A program made the position numbers and the translations under genes. From an uncultured Ruminococcus sp. (GTDB lineage Bacteria > Bacillota > Clostridia > Oscillospirales > Ruminococcaceae): 64,000 nucleotides of DNA. The notes beneath the pieces are model-generated. The model was not told where the DNA came from. It was given only the letters and a program-made list of their open reading frames with translations, and made no database searches. The stretch is taken from contig CAYMOJ010000006.1 in the NCBI GenBank assembly GCA_964392175.1, forward strand, positions 2,080-66,079, written 5' to 3'. Below are positions 57,625 to 64,000 of the stretch, piece by piece (position 1 is the first letter of the stretch; the number at the start of each line of letters is the position of its first letter).

Positions 57625-57625
57625 G

Positions 57626-60600
57626 TCAAAAGAGGGATAGCTGATTGGATTTTGGCAAATTACCCAAAGCGCCCAAGGCATCCAAAGTTTCGATTGTTGC
57701 TTTTGATGCGCCACTTTGCGTCTGAAACTCTTCCACGGAGATAAAATCACCCTTCTGCGCGGTTTCATAAAGCTTTTCAGCGGCTTTGGTACCAATACCG
57801 GCGATTGCACCAAAGGGGATGCGCACTTTACCATCCTCGATCTTATATCGGGTTGCTTCCGAACGGTACAGATCCACCGGCAAGAAGCAATAGCCACGGC
57901 TGAGCATTTCATTCACAATCAGCAGTATATCCATCAGATCGTTTTCCTTCTTGGAGCGTTCTTTCTTCCCCTTGCGCTCCAATTCGTCGATCTTATTGCG
58001 CACCGCCTGTATACCGGCAACTGCAAGCTCCACATCAAAATCGCCGCCCCGCACGGTAAAATAGGTTGCATAAAATTCCAGTGGGCGATACAGCTTGAAC
58101 CATCCCAGCTTAATCGCAGCGATGACATATGCCGTTGCGTGCGCCTTCGGGAACATATACTTGATCTTCAGACAGCTTTCGATATACCACTCGGGCACAT
58201 TGTGATCCCGCAGCATCTGTATGCGTTCAGGAGTAAAAGTCTTGGGTGCTTTGCCCTTACGAGTATCCTCCATGATTTGAAACGCTTCTTTTGGTGGCAC
58301 ATCATGATACAGCAAATAGGTCATGATACTATCACGCGTACCAATCACATCGGAAATGGTACAAGTGCCGTTAGCAATCAGCTCCTGCGCATTTCCAAGC
58401 CACACATCGGTGCCGTGGGATAACCCCGATATCTGCAAAAAGTCGGAAAACAATTTTGGCTTTGCATCCAGCAGCATACCAATGGTGAAACCTGTGCCCA
58501 TTTCAGGAATCCCCAGACTACCTGTTTTACAATAGATCTCCTCAGGCGTCACTCCCAACACAGAACAATCGGTACACATTTGCAGCACTTGGGGATCTGT
58601 TGCAGGAATATCATCAATTTTCAGACCCGTGGCATCCTCCAGATGCTTATAAAAGGTCGGCACAACATGGCCAAGCTCGTCCAGCTTTAGAATCGTATCA
58701 TGCAGGCTATGGAAATCGAAGTGCGTAGTGATAATCTGTTCCGCATCATCATCTTCGGCAGGTTCACCGGGCTGCTGCACGGGGGTAAAATCAAAAATAT
58801 CAAAATCTTCAGGAATTACAACCATGCCACCGGGATGCTGTCCCGTGGTTTTCTTAACACCCACACAACCTGCCACCAAACGGTTTACTTCGCTGTTGTT
58901 CACGGAGATGCCACAATCCTCCAGATAATGCTTCACATAGCCATAGGCGATCTTATCCTTCACGCCCGAAATCGTTCCTGCCTTAAACACATTCGCGCGG
59001 CCGAACAATTCTTCGGTGTAACGATGGGATTCGGATTGAAACTCGCTAGAAAAATTCTGGTCGATATCCGGTGCCTTGTCCCCATCAAAGCCAAGAAACG
59101 TTTCAAATGGAATATCATGACCATCCCGCTTTAGTTCCTCGCCACAGTTGGGGCAATTCTTTGGGGGCAGATCAAATCCTGACCCATACTTACCGGTTGT
59201 ATCAAACTCGGAGTACTTACACTTTTTACAGACATAGTGTGGCACCAACGGATTGACCTCAGAAATGCCTGCCATACTCGCCACAAAAGAAGATCCCACC
59301 GATCCTCTCGATCCAACCATATAGCCATGCGCCTCGGAATTGGCTACCAACTTTTGTGCAATCATATACAACACCGAAAAACCATGCTTAATAATAGAGC
59401 CAAGTTCTCTATCCAAACGCGTTTGCACGATTTCAGGCAAGGGAGACCCGTAAATGCTCTCGGCAGTCTCAGTGGTGATGCGCGTCAGATCTTCCTCAGC
59501 ACCGGGAATTGAAGGCGTAAAGGTGCCTTTGGGAATGGCATGGCACGCATCGATCTTATCGGCAATGCGGTTGGGATTCTCCACTACAACCTCATAGGCA
59601 CGTTCACCAAGATAGTCAAATTCTTCCAGCATTTCATCTGTTGTGCGAAAATACAGCGGTGCTTGTTCTCCGGCGTCATCAAAGCCATTGCCTGATTGCA
59701 AAATCTCACGGTAAATGGCATCTTTTTCGTCCATGAAATGCACATCACAGGTCGCCACTACGGGCAGCCCTGCCTTATCACCGATTTCAAGAATACGACG
59801 ATTATAGTTACGCAGATCCTCCTCCGTACGGGCAGTATATTTATCACTGCGTAGCATAAAACGATTATTGGCAATGGGCTGGATCTCCAGATAATCATAG
59901 AAGGCAGCAAGCTTTACCAGTTCCTCATCGGATTTTCCCTCTAGCATTGCCTGAAACAGCTCCCCCGCTTCGCAAGCACTGCCAAAAATCAAGCCTTCTC
60001 TGTGCTGTTGCAGCACCGATTTGGGAATCAGCGGCTTTTTATAGAAATAATCCAATTGACTATACGAAACCAATCGGTAAAGATTCTTCATACCCGTCTG
60101 ATTCTTCGCCAGAATGATTTGGTGGAACGATTTCAGCTTTTTGGGATCAATATTCGGTAGCTTGGTATTCAACTCCGCAAGGGTATGCACATCCTGCTTT
60201 TTCTCCATCCGTTCCATCAGCGTAATGTAGATCTTAGCAAGCATACAAGCATCATCGCTAGCGCGATGATGCTCAAATTTGCCAAGCTTCAGGTGCTTTG
60301 CCACCACATTTAGCTTATGCTTTGCAAGCTCGGGCAACATGGCACGGCAAAGGACAAGGGTATCCAATGTCACAAAGCCGTATTGCATATTGCAGCGCTT
60401 GAAAACACTGCGCAAAAAAGCCGTATCAAAGCTTGCATTATGGGCGATTAGCACGGGATGCTCGCCGCAAAACGCCATGAAATCAGCAACCGCTTTTGCC
60501 TCATCGGGAGCATCGCTGACCATTTCATCGGTGATGCCGGTCAGTTCAGTGATCTTATCGGGAATATGTCGCTTTGGATTCACAAAGGTGCAGAAGCTGT

Positions 60601-61987
60601 CAATCACTTTAAGATCGCGCACTTTTACCGCGCCGATTTCCGTCAAACGGTCATCCGCAGGCGAAAGCCCCGTGGTTTCTACATCAAAAACGATTACTTC
60701 ATCATGAATATTTCGTGGATCGGGGGCATCAATGACCTTTGCCATTTCCAGATCATTGACTACATACGCTTCACAGCCATAAATCACACGAAAATCCTTC
60801 ATCTTGGCAGTGGCATTCATCGCCTCGGGGAACGCCTGCACCACACCGTGATCTGTGATGGCAACCGCGCGATGTCCCCACTCATTGGCGCGTTCTATCA
60901 GCGCAGTTGCTGAACTGACGCCATCCATGGCAGACATATTGGTGTGCATATGCAACTCCACGCGCTTAACAGGGGCATCATCCGTGCGCTTTGGCGGTAT
61001 ATAGGTGCTGATACCCGTGGGCTTGATGGTAATATCATGATCGTAATCGTCATAAGCAACTGCGCCGTAAATCAGCAGGTTTGTGCCTTTTTTGCACGAT
61101 TTCTGCGGAAAATCTGCAAGCTTGTCATCATCCAGGAACATCTTGACCAACACGCTGCCCGTATAATCAGTTACGGGAAAGGTCAGCAGCGTTTTGCCAT
61201 TTTTGAGGGTGCGCGTGTCGATATCACCGAACACTTCACAAGCGATGCAAACTCTTCCTACAGTGTTCAGATTCTTCACCACTTCACCAATACTAATGGG
61301 TTTTTCCTTAATTTTTCTGCCATAAATGACCGAAAGGTCTTCCTTGGAAGGCATCACCGGCTGAATGGGCGCGGCATCATCAGGGGCAGAGGAAAGAGAT
61401 GAGAACACCGGGGCAGGTTCGGGCTGCTTTGCCTCGTCGGGAAGTTCAGGAGGTGGCGGTAGCGTCGCCAAAACCTCGTCTTGCATCGTATCATGCGCCT
61501 CGGGTGTGATATGCTGCACGCCACCGTCAAACCGAATTTGCAACCCCACAGAATAAATCGTACGCACAGCTCTTGCAAGTTCCTCACGAAAATGGGTTGA
61601 TTCCAGAATATCCACACCACCGTGGCGCAGGGTAATCGTTAAAAGATGATTTTCCATATCTAATTGCAGCCCTGCATCATCGAGAAAGCCGTTCATCATG
61701 GGCAGATCACGGTGCAGGGATGTAAACAGATCAGCAAGCACATCGGTACTGAAGCACTCGGCAGGATAACGACAAAGCAAACGGATGGAAGAAATATCCA
61801 GACGATCTGCTACCTCTGATTCAAATTGTGAAAGCACCGCAAAAGGGATCGGTGCATCAAACTCCGTTTCCAGATACAGCTTGGTGCGGTCGGTATTCGC
61901 CATTACGCGGCGCACTCTGCCTGCAAGCACAGTTTCAGGCAGCTTGGCACCATATTCGCGCAGAAAATCCCGTAGGGTTTGCAGCAT
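57626..61987 (-). CDS. polC: DNA polymerase III alpha subunit, PolC type
   Basis: 1453 aa. PHP motif (ELHMHTNMS), inserted 3'-5' exonuclease (VFDVETTGL) and polymerase core. Confidence 0.95.
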   Translation of the reverse strand: MLQTLRDFLREYGAKLPETVLAGRVRRVMANTDRTKLYLETEFDAPIPFAVLSQFESEVADRLDISSIRLLCRYPAECFSTDVLADLFTSLHRDLPMMNGFLDDAGLQLDMENHLLTITLRHGGVDILESTHFREELARAVRTIYSVGLQIRFDGGVQHITPEAHDTMQDEVLATLPPPPELPDEAKQPEPAPVFSSLSSAPDDAAPIQPVMPSKEDLSVIYGRKIKEKPISIGEVVKNLNTVGRVCIACEVFGDIDTRTLKNGKTLLTFPVTDYTGSVLVKMFLDDDKLADFPQKSCKKGTNLLIYGAVAYDDYDHDITIKPTGISTYIPPKRTDDAPVKRVELHMHTNMSAMDGVSSATALIERANEWGHRAVAITDHGVVQAFPEAMNATAKMKDFRVIYGCEAYVVNDLEMAKVIDAPDPRNIHDEVIVFDVETTGLSPADDRLTEIGAVKVRDLKVIDSFCTFVNPKRHIPDKITELTGITDEMVSDAPDEAKAVADFMAFCGEHPVLIAHNASFDTAFLRSVFKRCNMQYGFVTLDTLVLCRAMLPELAKHKLNVVAKHLKLGKFEHHRASDDACMLAKIYITLMERMEKKQDVHTLAELNTKLPNIDPKKLKSFHQIILAKNQTGMKNLYRLVSYSQLDYFYKKPLIPKSVLQQHREGLIFGSACEAGELFQAMLEGKSDEELVKLAAFYDYLEIQPIANNRFMLRSDKYTARTEEDLRNYNRRILEIGDKAGLPVVATCDVHFMDEKDAIYREILQSGNGFDDAGEQAPLYFRTTDEMLEEFDYLGERAYEVVVENPNRIADKIDACHAIPKGTFTPSIPGAEEDLTRITTETAESIYGSPLPEIVQTRLDRELGSIIKHGFSVLYMIAQKLVANSEAHGYMVGSRGSVGSSFVASMAGISEVNPLVPHYVCKKCKYSEFDTTGKYGSGFDLPPKNCPNCGEELKRDGHDIPFETFLGFDGDKAPDIDQNFSSEFQSESHRYTEELFGRANVFKAGTISGVKDKIAYGYVKHYLEDCGISVNNSEVNRLVAGCVGVKKTTGQHPGGMVVIPEDFDIFDFTPVQQPGEPAEDDDAEQIITTHFDFHSLHDTILKLDELGHVVPTFYKHLEDATGLKIDDIPATDPQVLQMCTDCSVLGVTPEEIYCKTGSLGIPEMGTGFTIGMLLDAKPKLFSDFLQISGLSHGTDVWLGNAQELIANGTCTISDVIGTRDSIMTYLLYHDVPPKEAFQIMEDTRKGKAPKTFTPERIQMLRDHNVPEWYIESCLKIKYMFPKAHATAYVIAAIKLGWFKLYRPLEFYATYFTVRGGDFDVELAVAGIQAVRNKIDELERKGKKERSKKENDLMDILLIVNEMLSRGYCFLPVDLYRSEATRYKIEDGKVRIPFGAIAGIGTKAAEKLYETAQKGDFISVEEFQTQSGASKATIETLDALGALGNLPKSNQLSLF

Positions 61988-62005
61988 GAAAACAAATCCT
62001 TTCTA

Positions 62006-63049
62006 TCAATCGGGCAGTTTTTCGATCTCGGCAAGCAGTGCAGATACAATCTCCGATTCGGGCACCTTTCCCAAAATCTCATCCTTACGAAACAGCACTG
62101 CACAGCCATCGCCACCTGCAATGCCGATATCCGCTTCTCTTGCCTCACCGGGGCCATTCACGATACAGCCCATGACAGCAACTTTGATATTCTTTTGACA
62201 GCCACGCAGTGCCTGCTCCACAGCATTTGCCGTACCAATCAAATCAATACGCGTTCTGCCACAGGTAGGGCAGGAAACCAAAGTCACGCCTTTTCGCAAT
62301 CCCAGTGCTTTCAGTAAATCCATGGCAGCTTCTACCTCTTGCACGGGATCAGCGGTCAAAGAAATACGAATGGTTTCGCCAATCCCATCGCACAACAATG
62401 AACCGATACCAGCTGCCGATTTGATCATGCCCATGCGTGCTGTACCTGCTTCAGTCACGCCAAGGTGCAGCGGATAATCCGTTTTTTCAGCTGCAAGACG
62501 ATAACAGGCAATCATATTCTTCACATCAGAGGACTTGATTGAAAGCACGATATCATGGAAATCGAAACGCTCTAACAAAGCGGCATGCGCCATTGCGCTT
62601 TCCACCATTGCTTCGGGCGTAGGGCTACCATATTTTGCCAACAGCGATTTTTCCAGTGAGCCGCTATTGACACCAATACGAATGGGAATCTGCTTTTGGC
62701 GACACTTATCTGCCACGGCTTTCACTCTGTCCATATCACCGATATTGCCGGGATTGATACGGATCTTGTCCACGCCTGCATCGGCGGCAGCCAATGCCAG
62801 ACGATAATCGAAATGGATATCTGCCACCAGCGGAATATCAACCGCTGCCTTAATCGCAGGAATCAATGCCACGGCTTTCTCATCGGGAATGGCAGCGCGG
62901 ATGATCTCGCAGCCTGCTTTTTCCAAAGCAATGGCTTGGGCAACCGTTCCCTCAATGTCATCGGAACGAGTATTGAGCATGGATTGTATGTAGATATGCC
63001 TGCCATCCAGCAGACAGTTTCCTACTTTCACAGGGTGCAATTTACGCAT
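62006..63049 (-). CDS. ispG: 4-hydroxy-3-methylbut-2-en-1-yl diphosphate synthase
   Basis: IYIQSML, IRINPGNIG and SCPTCGRT motifs. The ATG at 63049 follows AAAGGAG. Confidence 0.9.
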   Translation of the reverse strand: MRKLHPVKVGNCLLDGRHIYIQSMLNTRSDDIEGTVAQAIALEKAGCEIIRAAIPDEKAVALIPAIKAAVDIPLVADIHFDYRLALAAADAGVDKIRINPGNIGDMDRVKAVADKCRQKQIPIRIGVNSGSLEKSLLAKYGSPTPEAMVESAMAHAALLERFDFHDIVLSIKSSDVKNMIACYRLAAEKTDYPLHLGVTEAGTARMGMIKSAAGIGSLLCDGIGETIRISLTADPVQEVEAAMDLLKALGLRKGVTLVSCPTCGRTRIDLIGTANAVEQALRGCQKNIKVAVMGCIVNGPGEAREADIGIAGGDGCAVLFRKDEILGKVPESEIVSALLAEIEKLPD

Positions 63050-63069
63050 AAAAGGCACGCTCCTTTTGA

Positions 63070-63771
63070 TTATTGCAACAGCCAACAGATATGGTCTTGA
63101 AATTTCAGAATCACAACGCTGTGCGCATAGCCTCCTCCGGGGGGCACACGCAAAGTATATCTGCCATTGTGCAGATAAAACACCAGATAACTGACATACC
63201 AAACATCGCAATCATCGTTGTAATGAAAGAAGAGGCGACGTCTTTTTGAGGTATAACGCACATCATACATATGATGGATCGGCACTTCGATATACACGGC
63301 AGTATCATCCACCTGACTCCATATATCTAACCGATGCGTACATACAAGGAAACGTATCAACACGATCAGTGTGACCATACCGGCAAGGGCAACGGAGATC
63401 CCATTGCAGCCGAAAAACACGAAAAAGGACGCCACGAAGCTGCCACAGCAACATAAAATCATGATCATGGGCGAATTCTCCAACGGTCGTTCTTTTGCAC
63501 GAATCCGTTCTTGCAGATCTTGCGTAATCGGTTGCCACAGTGGCGGTTCAGTCGCGTCAACGATCTCCTTTTCATCGGGAGTCATGTAGTACTGCTCGAT
63601 CCAAAAACAGACAACCAGAACCACAACGGGCAGCAGTAATATCGCAGACATCATCAGCTGCGCATTGCCGTGAAACGCAAGAGCGAAACCAACAACCAAT
63701 GGCAAGACCGTTGCCAAGACAAATGGATACCGTCTGCCTCCGAATGGGCAGGAATACTTCAGCCGTTTCAT
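63070..63771 (-). CDS. Hypothetical membrane protein
   Basis: 233 aa. About 4 TM helices and a ~85-aa C-terminal soluble part. No family recognised. Lies between rseP and ispG. Confidence 0.45.
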   Translation of the reverse strand: MKRLKYSCPFGGRRYPFVLATVLPLVVGFALAFHGNAQLMMSAILLLPVVVLVVCFWIEQYYMTPDEKEIVDATEPPLWQPITQDLQERIRAKERPLENSPMIMILCCCGSFVASFFVFFGCNGISVALAGMVTLIVLIRFLVCTHRLDIWSQVDDTAVYIEVPIHHMYDVRYTSKRRRLFFHYNDDCDVWYVSYLVFYLHNGRYTLRVPPGGGYAHSVVILKFQDHICWLLQ

Positions 63772-63797
63772 GATATGCCCTCCTGTTTGTCATTCAG

Positions 63798-64000
63798 CTA
63801 CCGGAACAGTTTTGTTACATCCTGGAAGGTAATGGCGATCATCAATAGCATCAGCAACGCCAGACCGATGAAGTGGATTTTCCCCTCAATTTCCGCCTTA
63901 ATCGGCTTGCGACGGATCGCCTCGATGATGAGGAACACCAACCTGCCACCATCCAGCGCAGGGAACGGAATGAGATTGAAAATGCCCACATTGATGGTAA
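63798..64000 (-). CDS. rseP: RIP (site-2) zinc metalloprotease RseP/RasP, C-terminal fragment (truncated by window edge)
   Basis: FNLIPFPALDGGRLVF (M50 NxxPxxxLDG motif) plus a terminal TM helix. The ORF runs off the window. Confidence 0.75.
   Translation of the reverse strand, partial: TINVGIFNLIPFPALDGGRLVFLIIEAIRRKPIKAEIEGKIHFIGLALLMLLMIAITFQDVTKLFR

Noticed and set aside
57540-57625. T-box or attenuator leader upstream of the his operon
   Set aside because: The intergenic space is only ~85 nt and shows no specifier, T-box or terminator elements. Only a weak promoter call is made.

Overview
This 64-kb chromosomal window comes from a Gram-positive anaerobe. It is most likely a sporulating Clostridia / Oscillospiraceae (Ruminococcus-like) organism. 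The evidence is PolC, HisZ plus short HisG, BofA- and SpoIIM-like genes, and two secreted pectinases with Ruminococcus-style dockerins (GDVNCDG...). All family calls rest on motifs I recognise by eye; no searches were run.

Layout:
- 0.3-23.2 kb, minus strand, housekeeping genes: ppdK, rpsU (GTG start, missed by the ORF track), leuS, rsfS-yqeK-nadD-yhbY, rdgB, ftsY-smc-rnc-plsX, trmFO-topA-dprA, a TrmH-family methyltransferase, and infC(ATT start)-rpmI-rplT with a leader attenuator. rnhA is the one plus-strand gene here.
- 23.3-33.2 kb, accessory-looking segment. Divergent dockerin enzymes, a PL10-like pectate lyase (minus) and a CE8 pectinesterase (plus), bracket a tandemly duplicated two-gene cassette (small 4-Cys secreted protein plus a lipoprotein of about 455 aa). 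Each cassette is driven by a nearly identical ~300-bp promoter/leader/signal-peptide module. The first cassette carries two frameshifts. Between the cassettes lies a Gp37/Gp68 (DUF5131) three-Cys gene. A stand-alone tRNA-Arg(ACG) sits at the right edge.
- 33.5-50.5 kb, mostly plus strand: pfkA, THF riboswitch-folT, proC, membrane proteins, PAP2 phosphatase, aldehyde dehydrogenase, a minus-strand operon of three unknown small proteins plus a BofA-like protein, yfcE, a SASA-type esterase, and DUF4317-ahcY-hypothetical-mtaD-P-loop ATPase.
- 50.6-64 kb, minus strand: hisZGDCBHAF, polC, ispG, an unknown membrane protein, and the 3' end of rseP.

I found no rRNA, CRISPR array, transposase or integrase. 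The most interesting region is the duplicated secreted-protein/lipoprotein cassette system at 25.2-30.8 kb and its surroundings.
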